Source of the DNA: a virus
Taxonomy: Duplodnaviria > Caudoviricetes
Direction: 5' to 3' (one strand)
IMG/VR virus record: IMGVR_UViG_3300031134_000004
Span: 160,655 to 224,654 of that record
Length of the DNA: 64,000 nucleotides
Below are positions 45,243-54,973 of the stretch, one piece after another. A program made the position numbers and the translations under genes. The notes beneath the pieces were generated by a model. The model ran no database searches. It saw only the letters and a list, made by a program, of their open reading frames with translations, and was not told where the DNA came from. The stretch's first letter is position 1. Every line of letters starts with the position of its first letter.

Positions 45243-48200
45243 ATGTACGAAAGCCCTATCAACATTGCGCGTGAACTTCAACTCATCGCGCGTGGCACAC
45301 GTTCGCTTGCGAGCATGTTGCCTGCTAATTTTGTCAAGCGTTCCTCACCCGTCATGGAGTCGATCGATTCCATTTACGGTACGGTCTCGCTTGAGTCGAT
45401 GCAGTTCTACGACTTCTTCTACAAGCGTTTCGGTGTGCGTCGTGCTGACCATTTGACTGCACCTGTGATGCCAGAACTGGAAGCGCTGGAGTTGCCTAAG
45501 CAATCGATCCTGCATTACGTGTCGATGAGTCCAATGGAATCGGGCCCAGCAGCGGACGACTTCCTGTTTCGCAATATCACCATCCCTATTCAAATGGGGC
45601 ATGTGACGGAAAACGGCGATAGCAAAGGCGTACCACGTAAATTGACCGTGGCAACCTCGACCTTGATCAGTTCGTACCACATCAAGAACCGGCGTTTTCG
45701 CCAGATGCGTAACTTGGATGCGGCAACGCGTGATCCTAATACGCTGCTCGTGTACAACTACGGCTTCATTCCTCAGCTCTACCATTATGCGCGTTCGTTT
45801 TATAGCGAGTACTACAAGTGGTGGAACATTCAGTCGGCGTTGTGGAAGAGTGTGGCGCAAGTGGCCAAAGGAACCGACCGTCACCAATTCATCGTCTGCA
45901 AGTTGCCGACGGTGTTGCCGAGCATTCCTGACTTGGCCATTGGTACGGGTCCAATTTCGCAAAAGGTCGTCAAGATCTTTAGCACGCCTGAATCACTCAT
46001 GCTCTTGGAGCTGTGGAAATGGTTCGGTGAGCAGCGTTTGGAATCGGTCATTAACCATGTACCGGTGGACCAGTTGAACAAGGTCAACCTGATCTTCCAA
46101 GAATCGGGTCGTTGGTTCGTCATGAACTTGGGTCTGCTCAATAGCTGGCGTAAAGCGACGGACAAGGAACTGGAATCGCAAAGTAATGCGAACACCAAGG
46201 GTCTGGATGCCAAACTGTTCCAGCGCCGCTTCCTGCGCCTGACCATGGCATTGTTCCAAGTGCGTAGCGTAGCTTCGCCTGAAGTGCAAGCCATGACGGA
46301 CGGTAAGAAAGGCAACGAAAAGACCCCGGTGGAAAACACCGTGCAAGTTGTCAAGCAAGACCCGACGATTCCGCAAACGAATGGTGGTGTGGCATCGGTG
46401 CCAACCAAAACCCAGAAGCTGCCAACTGCAGCGACCATGGGGCAAGGGATGGATGCGCCTGACCATACAGCAGAAGACATGGAGCACGATGAAGCGTCTG
46501 ATGCACAGCTGACGAAAGACTTGGCTGAGCTGGAAATCATTTCGAAGAACCACGTCGGTCCGCACGAAGGTGAAGCGGTTGAAGAAGAACTGGTGGTTGA
46601 ACCCAAGACGCTGGAAGAAGGCGTCATGCGGGTGTGCGATCGTTTGGCTGACCAAGGTCTCTTGTCGGCTGCGCAGTACCGTCACTACGACGAACTGGCC
46701 AAGACGTACCGCACCATCACCGCACCAGATGGCAAGACTAACCTGGCTGACTTCATCAAGATCAGTAATGAGACGCTTGTTATTAAAGAGTCGCCAAGCA
46801 TTCCGGACATCAAAGCTGTCGTTGACAAGACGATGCTTAAATCCAGTTTGCATGTGTTCGATTCGCGTTACATTACCGAAGTCATGGACCGCGACGTGGC
46901 CTCGATGGTGCTTAACCTGCAAAACGCAGGCATTGCCATTACCCACTACGAAAAAGAACGCATTGAAGATGTTGTCGGTGCATTCGATTCGTACACGGTG
47001 CGCTTAACGCCAGTGCAGGGTGTCTCAACGACGTGGCGGTTCAAACTGCCAGCGCTCAATGAAGACGGCAGCTACATGGCCAACGGTGTTAAGTACCGCA
47101 TGCGTAAGCAGCGTGGTGACTTGCCGATTCGTAAGATCGGACCGGATCGCGTGGCAATGACGAGTTACTACGGTAAAGTCTTTGCCAGCCGTTCGAGTAA
47201 GCGTGTCAACGACTACGGTCAGTGGCTGCGCAATTCGATCATGGCAATGGGTCTGGACGATGTGAATACGACGGTGACGAATCTGCAACCGTCGCCTGTG
47301 TTTGATAAGCTCTTTAAAGCGCCGCGTCTTTACACCACGATCGCCATGGGTTTCCGTGCGTTCACCATCAAACCAGTGCAAACACCACCGGGCATGAAGA
47401 GCATTGCGTTTGACTGCTCGTTCGATCACACCAAGCGTGAATTCCTGTTTGGTAAAGAAGCCATCGCCAAATACGAAAAGGACGGTATCATCCTGATCGG
47501 TCACGATGTGTCTTCGCAGCGCTACTTGGCAATGGATGCCAACGGTTTGCTGTACGTGTCGAACTTGGACGCCCTGATGGACTTTGGTACGATCGAGTCG
47601 ATCCTGGGCCTGCCATCGGAAAAAGCGCCAGTGGACTTTGCTGAACTGAAGGTGCTGGGTGTGAGTATTCCAATCGGTGTTATTCTCGGTTACGTCATGG
47701 GCTTGGATAAACTCATGAAGTTGCTGAAGGTCACGCCGCGTCGGGTAACGGCAGGTACGCGTGTCAACTTGGGTCCGCATGAATACGAACTTGTCTTTAG
47801 TGATGAGACGCTTGTGCTGAACCGAGAAGATCGCTTGGCCACGATGGTGCTCGCTGGCTTTAACGAATACCACCGCGCGATTCGTAGCTACAGCGTGTAC
47901 GAGTTCGACAAAGACGCCGTGTACTTAAACGTCATGGAGTCGGGCGGCGCTGGTGTACGTTATTTGCGTGAGATTGAACACCTGTTTAATCTCTTCATCG
48001 ATTCGATCACGCGTGACTTGCTGATCGAGATGAAAGAGCCAACGAACTTCCGTGGTCTGCTTTTGCGTAGTTGCGAGATGCTGCTTACGGACGACCACCC
48101 TGACGAACTCGATCCTGCGTTCATGCGCATTAAAGGTTACGAGCGGATGGCAGGGGCAGTCTATAGTGAACTGATTCGCGCTGTGCGTTCACACGCTGGC

Positions 48201-49709
48201 CGGGCTGGTAAATCGAAGCTGCCAATTGACCTGCATCCTTACGCTGTGTGGAAGAACATCGCGCAAGATCCATCGATCGCCATCGTCAACGAAATCAACC
48301 CAATCCAGGACTTGAAAGAAATGGAAGCCGTGACGTATAACGGCGTGGGTGGACGTAATAGCCGTTCGATGACCAAGCACACGCGTGTCTACCATCGCAA
48401 CGATATGGGCACGATGTCTGAATCGACCGTTGACTCCTCGGACGTGGGTATCAACACGTACTTGAGCGCTGACCCGCAATTTACGTCGCTGCGCGGGATG
48501 AGTCGTGGTTACGAGATCGGTAAGACTGGTCACACTGCACTGCTCTCAACGTCGGCGTTGATTTCAGTCGGCTCGAACTTCGATGATCCGAAACGGGTGA
48601 ACTTCGTGGGTATTCAACACGGTCACGGTATTGCTTGTTCAGCTTACAAGCAGTCGCCAGTTCGCACTGGTTACGAACAGATCGTCGCGCATCGCACGAG
48701 TGATTTGTTTGCAGTCACAGCCAAGAAGTCCGGTAAAGTCGTTGCCGTTAGTGAAGACGGTATTGTCATTCAGTACGACGATGAGAAAGAACCGCGTGGC
48801 TTTGAACTGGGTCGTCGCTTCGGTAACGCATCCGGTCTTACCATTCCGCACAATGTCATCTCGGAAATGAAGGTCGGGCAGAAATTCAAAGAAGGCGAAG
48901 TCATCAGCTACAACGACGGGTTCTTCGAGAAAGACTTGCTCAACCCAAGTAACGTGGTGTGGAAAGCCGGTATCATGGTCAAGACCGTACTCTTGGAGTC
49001 AACCCAAACGCTGGAAGATGCATCGAGTATCTCCCAACGCGTGGCAACGCTCTTGAGCACCAAGGCCACGAAGGTCAAAAACGTGATGGTGCGCTTCGAT
49101 CAATCGGTACGTAAGCTGGTCAAAATGAACCAAGCTGTCGAGCCGGAGGATATTTTATGCATAATTGAAGATGCCGTCACCGCAAACAGTGGTCTGTTTG
49201 ACGACGCTTCGCTCGATACGCTGCGTGTCATGAGTGGGCAAACCCCACAGGCGAAAGCCAAAGGCACGATTGAGCGGATCGAAGTGTACTACCATGGCGA
49301 TAAGGAAGACATGTCCGAATCCCTGCGTGCACTGGCTACTGCGTCGGACCGTGAAATGATTCGTCGTAAGAAAGCTGCAGGCAAGAAAGCGTTCCCCGGT
49401 AGCACGGATGAAGGTTTCCGTGTCGATGGCGAACCGCTTGCGCTCGATACTGCCGTGATCAAGATTTACGTAACTGCCGATGTTGCTGCTGGTGTGGGTG
49501 ACAAAGGTGTGTTCTGTAACCAGATGAAGACTGTCTTCTCTGAAGTCATGACCGGCGAGACGACCACTGAAACTGGTAAGACCATCGACGCTGTCTTCGG
49601 GCAGAAATCCATTGCCGACCGTATCGTCAATTCGCCAGACATCATTGGTACGACCGCGACTCTTTTGGATGTGATTGGTAAGAAGGCACTTGCAGCGTAT
49701 CGCTCGTAA
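45243..49709 (+). CDS. rpoB: Virion RNA polymerase beta subunit, large N-terminal piece (phiKZ gp178-like)
   Basis: 1488 aa; YYGK.F..R, SESTVDSSDVG, DDPKRVNF..IQ, RTGYE, GDK...NQ.KT and D.VFG motifs of beta. Confidence 0.92.
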   Translation: MYESPINIARELQLIARGTRSLASMLPANFVKRSSPVMESIDSIYGTVSLESMQFYDFFYKRFGVRRADHLTAPVMPELEALELPKQSILHYVSMSPMESGPAADDFLFRNITIPIQMGHVTENGDSKGVPRKLTVATSTLISSYHIKNRRFRQMRNLDAATRDPNTLLVYNYGFIPQLYHYARSFYSEYYKWWNIQSALWKSVAQVAKGTDRHQFIVCKLPTVLPSIPDLAIGTGPISQKVVKIFSTPESLMLLELWKWFGEQRLESVINHVPVDQLNKVNLIFQESGRWFVMNLGLLNSWRKATDKELESQSNANTKGLDAKLFQRRFLRLTMALFQVRSVASPEVQAMTDGKKGNEKTPVENTVQVVKQDPTIPQTNGGVASVPTKTQKLPTAATMGQGMDAPDHTAEDMEHDEASDAQLTKDLAELEIISKNHVGPHEGEAVEEELVVEPKTLEEGVMRVCDRLADQGLLSAAQYRHYDELAKTYRTITAPDGKTNLADFIKISNETLVIKESPSIPDIKAVVDKTMLKSSLHVFDSRYITEVMDRDVASMVLNLQNAGIAITHYEKERIEDVVGAFDSYTVRLTPVQGVSTTWRFKLPALNEDGSYMANGVKYRMRKQRGDLPIRKIGPDRVAMTSYYGKVFASRSSKRVNDYGQWLRNSIMAMGLDDVNTTVTNLQPSPVFDKLFKAPRLYTTIAMGFRAFTIKPVQTPPGMKSIAFDCSFDHTKREFLFGKEAIAKYEKDGIILIGHDVSSQRYLAMDANGLLYVSNLDALMDFGTIESILGLPSEKAPVDFAELKVLGVSIPIGVILGYVMGLDKLMKLLKVTPRRVTAGTRVNLGPHEYELVFSDETLVLNREDRLATMVLAGFNEYHRAIRSYSVYEFDKDAVYLNVMESGGAGVRYLREIEHLFNLFIDSITRDLLIEMKEPTNFRGLLLRSCEMLLTDDHPDELDPAFMRIKGYERMAGAVYSELIRAVRSHAGRAGKSKLPIDLHPYAVWKNIAQDPSIAIVNEINPIQDLKEMEAVTYNGVGGRNSRSMTKHTRVYHRNDMGTMSESTVDSSDVGINTYLSADPQFTSLRGMSRGYEIGKTGHTALLSTSALISVGSNFDDPKRVNFVGIQHGHGIACSAYKQSPVRTGYEQIVAHRTSDLFAVTAKKSGKVVAVSEDGIVIQYDDEKEPRGFELGRRFGNASGLTIPHNVISEMKVGQKFKEGEVISYNDGFFEKDLLNPSNVVWKAGIMVKTVLLESTQTLEDASSISQRVATLLSTKATKVKNVMVRFDQSVRKLVKMNQAVEPEDILCIIEDAVTANSGLFDDASLDTLRVMSGQTPQAKAKGTIERIEVYYHGDKEDMSESLRALATASDREMIRRKKAAGKKAFPGSTDEGFRVDGEPLALDTAVIKIYVTADVAAGVGDKGVFCNQMKTVFSEVMTGETTTETGKTIDAVFGQKSIADRIVNSPDIIGTTATLLDVIGKKALAAYRS

Positions 49710-49792
49710 GTTTCTTTGGGGGGTGTTCTTAGGAGCACCTCTTCCAATCACCCGGCACTCAACAACACTTTCAGTTCGTAATAGGAAACCCC

Positions 49793-49987
49793 ATGAAACA
49801 CCAACAGTCGCAACAGTCAGTCTCGACCCTGGCAAACGGTGCTGAGCTGGTGAACGCCATCGTTCAAGGCTTGGTTGGCAATGAAATCGCCGACACCATC
49901 AACGGCTCGCCGCTCACGCGCAGCCTCGTCTACACGATGTCCCAAACGCAATTCCATGGGTCGGTCGCCAAACAAATCGGAGCGTAA
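49793..49987 (+). CDS. Small hypothetical protein
   Basis: RBS TAGGA, 64 aa, stop 3 nt before the next gene. Confidence 0.6.
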   Translation: MKHQQSQQSVSTLANGAELVNAIVQGLVGNEIADTINGSPLTRSLVYTMSQTQFHGSVAKQIGA

Positions 49988-49990
49988 AGC

Positions 49991-51433
49991 ATGCTGACTA
50001 TCGAAGCGCTCAACAGCGCATTGCCATTGACCGAACTGCTCGATGCAAAAGGTCTTAAGATCGTGCCAATTACCGGCACGCCCCTGGAACGCCTGGTGCA
50101 AGCTACGCGTTCGGACGATAACTTCTTCATGGCTGGTGACGGTGGTTTCGTCCCTGGTCTGTCGGACATCGCCTACATCGCCAACGCCAAGGATGAAGTC
50201 CTGGGTGGTTCGCCACACGACATGGCCTTCGACAACATCGTCGAGCCTGCCATCGCTGCAGTGCGTGAACACATGGTCTTCGCGCGCAACGTCGTGCGTC
50301 CTGCCGTGGAAGAACTGGTGGTTGGTACTGCCAACTATCTGCAAAACCAAACGGCGTCAAGCCTGCTGGGTATGGAAGTCGTTACCTACAATCCACCGCT
50401 GCCACTCATGAATAGCGGCCTGGAAAAGCTGGTGCACAACTTCCAAGAAACGCCGTTCGATGTGCCGACCATGCGCATGCGTTGCCCAACGCTGCCTGCG
50501 TCTGAAATCATCGAGCTGATGAAGACCGGTTCGTCTTCGCTGGACCGTGACATCGAGCAATGGATCGCAGCAGTCGGCGAGACGTGCGTGATGAAGATCT
50601 GGGAAAACGTGTTCCAGGTCACCCAGGCTGGTCTGAACGATGCAGTCGTGTCGTTCCGCGACTACACCGAAGACAAGGCATGCGGCGTGGATAACGCCCT
50701 CATGATCTTCCTGCTGGCCCGCCGCCTGCTGGACGATATCCTGCCGGGTACGGAAATGGATCAGCGCGTGTACTCGAACCTGATGGCGGAATACCGCAAC
50801 CAGGCTGGTGCCCGTCTGTGCCGCGCGATCGCTGAAGTCGACAAGATCACCCGCGCTAAAACGCTGGTCAAGTCGGTCAACGGTTCGACCACCACGGTCT
50901 ACGGTTTCATCTACGACAAGTGGCTCAAAGACGGTGGCAGTAACGAAGTGTTGTTCGGCAACATGCTCGCTACGCCATTCATCTCGACGGTGGAAAACCT
51001 CAACGCCAAAGCTGAAGAGCTGAAAGCCAAGTGGGCCCGCCACAGCGTCATGACCAACACGCTCGAAGCGAACCGCAAGTTCCTGCGCACGAAAGAAGCG
51101 CTGGTGCTGAGCTTTGAAAAGCAAATCCGTGAAGCCGGCGAATCGTTCATCGAAGAAGCCACCATCGGCAACCGCGACGCTGTCGTCAAGCGTTTCCGCT
51201 CCTTGGTGGAAGATGTGCGTGCTGACGAGATCAACGACCTGTGGGGTCTGTCCCTGCGCCTGGTGTGCCGTTCGCGTTTTGCTCGTACGGACGCCGAAGT
51301 GATCCTGGCCGGTATCGACCGCGTGATGCGTGCTAACCCAGACATCGATCTGCGTGAAGCAGCTGCCGTGTCGATTCGTGAGTACGTCGGCATCTGGGTT
51401 GCTTCGCAGATGAAAGTCGAACAGGCGATCTAA
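49991..51433 (+). CDS. Conserved phiKZ-like (virion) protein
   Basis: 480 aa, strong codon bias; position between vRNAP beta and protease matches phiKZ gp177 synteny. Confidence 0.65.
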   Translation: MLTIEALNSALPLTELLDAKGLKIVPITGTPLERLVQATRSDDNFFMAGDGGFVPGLSDIAYIANAKDEVLGGSPHDMAFDNIVEPAIAAVREHMVFARNVVRPAVEELVVGTANYLQNQTASSLLGMEVVTYNPPLPLMNSGLEKLVHNFQETPFDVPTMRMRCPTLPASEIIELMKTGSSSLDRDIEQWIAAVGETCVMKIWENVFQVTQAGLNDAVVSFRDYTEDKACGVDNALMIFLLARRLLDDILPGTEMDQRVYSNLMAEYRNQAGARLCRAIAEVDKITRAKTLVKSVNGSTTTVYGFIYDKWLKDGGSNEVLFGNMLATPFISTVENLNAKAEELKAKWARHSVMTNTLEANRKFLRTKEALVLSFEKQIREAGESFIEEATIGNRDAVVKRFRSLVEDVRADEINDLWGLSLRLVCRSRFARTDAEVILAGIDRVMRANPDIDLREAAAVSIREYVGIWVASQMKVEQAI

Positions 51434-51441
51434 ACAACAGC

Positions 51442-52167
51442 ATGAACCCAAAACAGCTCATTCACGATCAGTCCAAGGTTCATGCTGTGCTTAAAGAGTT
51501 ACCTGATGGCCGTCTCGTAACGACGAAGGGGTGTAAGATCTACATTCCTTCGCGTTACGCAGAACGTGGTTTGGCCTTCATCGGGATTGAAACACAGATC
51601 GTCGGTATCTTCGCCATCTCGGTTGAAGACAAGTATTACGGTATCCACATGGTCAACGCCATGGTCCGGATCGAGCCGACGTCAACTTCAAAGATCATGA
51701 TCAATGAAGAAGAGCATTACGAGTTTGAATTTGAACCCGGTGCACCTGTGATTTCTTCGACCATGCTCGTGAAAACCGACACCTTGGTCTACCGGATCTC
51801 CAACGAGATTGTGACGAAAGGTCGGGTGCCTTGGTACTTGAACTACTTCACACTCAGTGAACTCTTTGACACCGCACGATACCACGCTGGTGCGAACATT
51901 GGTCAGAACCATGAAGTAACGGAACTGCTCATCTCGATGATTGCCCGTAACCCGGACGATCGCCACCAGTACTACCGGAGTTCTGTCAAGAGTCTTGATG
52001 ACATTGAAAAGAAACCGCCTGCATTTGTCGCGCTGCGTAGCGTGATTTATTCTGCAACCAATACCACCAATAAGTTGGCCGGCTCGTATTTCCACGAAGG
52101 CTTGGTCAGTGCACTGGTGACGCCTACCGAACGCGTTGAGCGTATCGAAGATCTCCTCCGCCGGTAA
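51442..52167 (+). CDS. Conserved phiKZ-like hypothetical protein
   Basis: 241 aa; G..P.YL.Y and EGLVSAL..P...E.IE.LLR motifs; synteny upstream of the protease. Confidence 0.65.
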   Translation: MNPKQLIHDQSKVHAVLKELPDGRLVTTKGCKIYIPSRYAERGLAFIGIETQIVGIFAISVEDKYYGIHMVNAMVRIEPTSTSKIMINEEEHYEFEFEPGAPVISSTMLVKTDTLVYRISNEIVTKGRVPWYLNYFTLSELFDTARYHAGANIGQNHEVTELLISMIARNPDDRHQYYRSSVKSLDDIEKKPPAFVALRSVIYSATNTTNKLAGSYFHEGLVSALVTPTERVERIEDLLRR

Positions 52168-52184
52168 GTTTTAGAAAGAAGATC

Positions 52185-52958
52185 ATGAGTTTGAATTCCA
52201 TTCGTTTTGCCTGCACGTCGTTGGCTGGAGTCAACAAAGCAGGCACGCTCAAGAAGGACGGCCAAGGCTACTATGAAGTCGTGGTCGGCGCTTTGAACGT
52301 GTACAATTCGGCTGGTCAGTACTACGTGTACGAACAAGCCAAAAAGCTCTTTGAGCAATCCTCGCAACTGATGCGTCGCGTTTCGCGTGGCGCCTTGCGT
52401 GGTGAATACGGTCATCCAAAATTCATGCCTGGCATGAGCAATGACCAATTCGCTAACCGCGTCATGTCGATCTATGAAGAGAATGTGTGCTGCCACTTCC
52501 GTGACATTACCATCGACTTCGATCGCGTGAAAGACGCTAACGGCAAACCTGTGATTGCGATCGTGGCCTGGGTGAAACCAGCCGGTCCTAACGCAGCAGC
52601 GCTGCAAGCATCGCTCGACAATCCGAACGAAAACGTGTGCTTCTCGATCCGTGCATTTACCGATGACTTCCGCGAAGGCGGCGTCACCAAGCGTATCTTG
52701 AAGACCATCGTGACGTGGGACTACGTGAATGAACCAGGCATTGCTGTGGCTGAGAAGTTCAGCGCACCATCGCTTGAATCGTTCTCGGAAACGACGTTCT
52801 CGCGCGGTGAAATCGAACGCAGTGTGAAAGTCGGCGCCATGATGGGTACGGCCACTGAGTCTTCGCTCATGACCGCTGGTGAACTGATGACTTCACTGGG
52901 CTGGGATGGCGTAGCACGCGCTGCTGCGAACAAGCCTAGCTGGGCTGCTTGGCACTAA
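52185..52958 (+). CDS. Prohead (capsid maturation) serine protease (phiKZ gp175-like)
   Basis: Catalytic-type GEYGHP (His), FSIRA (Ser) and TWDYVNEPG (Asp) motifs. Confidence 0.9.
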   Translation: MSLNSIRFACTSLAGVNKAGTLKKDGQGYYEVVVGALNVYNSAGQYYVYEQAKKLFEQSSQLMRRVSRGALRGEYGHPKFMPGMSNDQFANRVMSIYEENVCCHFRDITIDFDRVKDANGKPVIAIVAWVKPAGPNAAALQASLDNPNENVCFSIRAFTDDFREGGVTKRILKTIVTWDYVNEPGIAVAEKFSAPSLESFSETTFSRGEIERSVKVGAMMGTATESSLMTAGELMTSLGWDGVARAAANKPSWAAWH

Positions 52959-52961
52959 GGT

Positions 52962-52998
52962 GTCATACGGGCTGGGGAATTCCCCAGCCTTTATGCCG
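52962..52998 (+). terminator. CATA/TATG-flanked hairpin after the protease gene
   Basis: GTCATACG-GGCTGGGGA-AT-TCCCCAGCC-TTTATGCCG. Confidence 0.75.
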
Positions 52999-53003
52999 TC
53001 TTT

Positions 53004-53036
53004 AAAAAACTTTCAGACATATATCACAAAGTTGAG
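53004..53036 (+). promoter_or_regulatory. Candidate phage early promoter
   Basis: AAAAAACTTTCAGACATATATCACAAAG; TATATCAC resembles the published phiKZ early consensus TATATTAC. Confidence 0.45.
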
Positions 53037-53125
53037 CAAGTAGCATCAATGAGTTAAAAAATAACGCGTTGCTGCTTTCTATGCAAGAAGTCATTCCTCT
53101 TACAACCCAAGGAGATCTTTCATTC

Positions 53126-53632
53126 ATGAATCAATCGGATGCGGTACTGGACTTTAACGGTTACATGCACCGCCTTAACTCTGTCGTTAGTGCAGCCAAG
53201 GCATCCCGTCACGAGATCACCGTTAGCGCTGATCAAGTGCACAACTTCCTCGATACGTCGCGCGCCTTTGTGATCAACTGGCCAAACGACTTTAAAGTGC
53301 CAGACGACACACCAACGATCCTGTTCAAGTTCAATGGCAAGTTCATGATCTTGACCAACACCAACAAGTCGCTCCTCGATGGCAAGAAAGAAATCACGGG
53401 TCTGGTGATCTCGACGGTCGGTTTGAAGAACTGTCGCATTGCTGACGACCAGATCCCAACGGTCGTTCCACAAGACATTCTGGATGCTCGCAACAATGAG
53501 CGCGTTCGCAATGGTAACACTGACTGGCTGAAACACGCCGGCACGGTTCGTTCGATTCACACCCCAGCTGCTCCTGCTCATCCGCAAGAGTTCCGTAACG
53601 CACCGCGCTTCTCGACGAACAAGCGGTACTAA
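53126..53632 (+). CDS. Hypothetical protein
   Basis: RBS AAGGAG before ATG 53126; follows an early-promoter-like motif. Confidence 0.75.
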   Translation: MNQSDAVLDFNGYMHRLNSVVSAAKASRHEITVSADQVHNFLDTSRAFVINWPNDFKVPDDTPTILFKFNGKFMILTNTNKSLLDGKKEITGLVISTVGLKNCRIADDQIPTVVPQDILDARNNERVRNGNTDWLKHAGTVRSIHTPAAPAHPQEFRNAPRFSTNKRY

Positions 53633-53672
53633 TCTTTCCCCAACAACTATCCACTTCCGCTAGGAGATAATA

Positions 53673-54302
53673 ATGAACAACAAAGCCGCTCCGAAGAATG
53701 CCAAAACGCATCCTAAAAAGCAGCAGTCCAATGTTACCGGTCTGATCGTTGCCATCGGTCGCCGTGACTTCCGTTACGACGATGTGCGTAGCGCGACGCT
53801 GCATGCGCCGCTCGTGGACATCCCGATCGATCAACTGACGATCTTCCGTGACACCATGAAAGAGACCCAGCCGGATCTCAACACCAACGCAATCGACGAC
53901 GGCGTCATTCGCATCGTGCGTGTTCGTCCGGAACTGTACGAAGTCATCTCGGGTCGCAACCAAATCGTCGCTGCGATCTTCGACTACAAGAAAGCTGTCG
54001 CCGCTGCTGCTGAAGTGCCGGCCAACCAAGGCAAGAAAGTCGGCGAGCTGGTCAAGACGCCTACGCTGAAAATGCGCCTGGCTTCGTGGAAGCACCTGAA
54101 CCCGTGCGAACACCTCGGTCACAAACTCGATGCTGATCAGCTGAAAGAAAACCTGACGCAACTGGCTGCAACGTCGAGCGTCAAGATCAACCTGCCAAAA
54201 GAAAAGACGGTGCCGGTCGCAGCACTGTTCCAAAAACCAGCACCCAAAGCACCTGTTCCAAGCTCGGGCAAGTTCGGCCGCATCTTCGGCCAAGCTGCCT
54301 AA
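53673..54302 (+). CDS. Hypothetical protein with possible ParB/Srx-like segment
   Basis: RBS AGGAG; IPIDQL...IRIVRV....YEVISGRNQIVAA; basic termini. Confidence 0.7.
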   Translation: MNNKAAPKNAKTHPKKQQSNVTGLIVAIGRRDFRYDDVRSATLHAPLVDIPIDQLTIFRDTMKETQPDLNTNAIDDGVIRIVRVRPELYEVISGRNQIVAAIFDYKKAVAAAAEVPANQGKKVGELVKTPTLKMRLASWKHLNPCEHLGHKLDADQLKENLTQLAATSSVKINLPKEKTVPVAALFQKPAPKAPVPSSGKFGRIFGQAA

Positions 54303-54386
54303 TCCAAGAATCTGTCGTAGCACAGAACCCCTGACCAATTGGTCTTCACCCTGTAGTACCCTTACTTTAAAATCAAGGAAGAAATC

Positions 54387-54881
54387 ATGAGCACCGTCGA
54401 AACCACCGTCAAGTCGAAAATCACCGAAACCACCCGTTCGCTGGCTGACAAGCTGAAGGCCGAGATCACCGTCGACGTCACCACCGGCACGGTCGCCGAC
54501 CAGAAGTCGTTCTTCATGGACAACCTGCCTGAAGGCGTGACGCCGGAACTGGTCGCCACCTACGAAGGCTACAAGGACACCGTCGTCAAGGCCGGCGGCC
54601 TGGCCCTGGGCGAAGTCTCGATCGACGCGATGAAAGCGAACCCGGAACTGAACCGCGTGACGATGACCATCCCGACCGTCGGCAAGAGCTACATCGGCTA
54701 CGCCTTCGACCGCTCGCGCCAGGTGCCGAGCCGCAACGACGATGGCACCACCGGCACCCGCGAAAAGCTGGGCGCCCTGACCGTCGACGTCGTCACCTAC
54801 GGCACCAAGAACCGCGGCGAGTTCGCTGCTGTCAAGAACGAGCTGTCGGAAATGGCCCTGATGGGTCTGAGCAAGAAGTAA
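54387..54881 (+). CDS. Hypothetical protein with extreme codon optimisation (probably abundant)
   Basis: RBS AAGGA; almost all third positions C/G; followed by a UUCG hairpin. Confidence 0.8.
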   Translation: MSTVETTVKSKITETTRSLADKLKAEITVDVTTGTVADQKSFFMDNLPEGVTPELVATYEGYKDTVVKAGGLALGEVSIDAMKANPELNRVTMTIPTVGKSYIGYAFDRSRQVPSRNDDGTTGTREKLGALTVDVVTYGTKNRGEFAAVKNELSEMALMGLSKK

Positions 54882-54910
54882 TTCGGCGCCGGCTGTAATG
54901 TAACACGTAG

Positions 54911-54956
54911 AGAGCTGACCTTCGGGTCAGCTCTTTATGCCCTCTTTATTTTTTTC
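54911..54956 (+). terminator. UUCG-capped terminator with TATGCC flank
   Basis: AGAGCTGACC-TTCG-GGTCAGCTCT-TTATGCC then a T-run. Confidence 0.8.
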
Positions 54957-54973
54957 CTAGTTGAGTACCCTAT

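Noticed and set aside
43601-49709. Introns, inteins or homing endonucleases in the RNAP genes, which occur in some jumbo phages
   Set aside because: The ORFs are continuous at expected sizes, with no intein (C...HN) or HNH/LAGLIDADG/GIY-YIG motifs noticed
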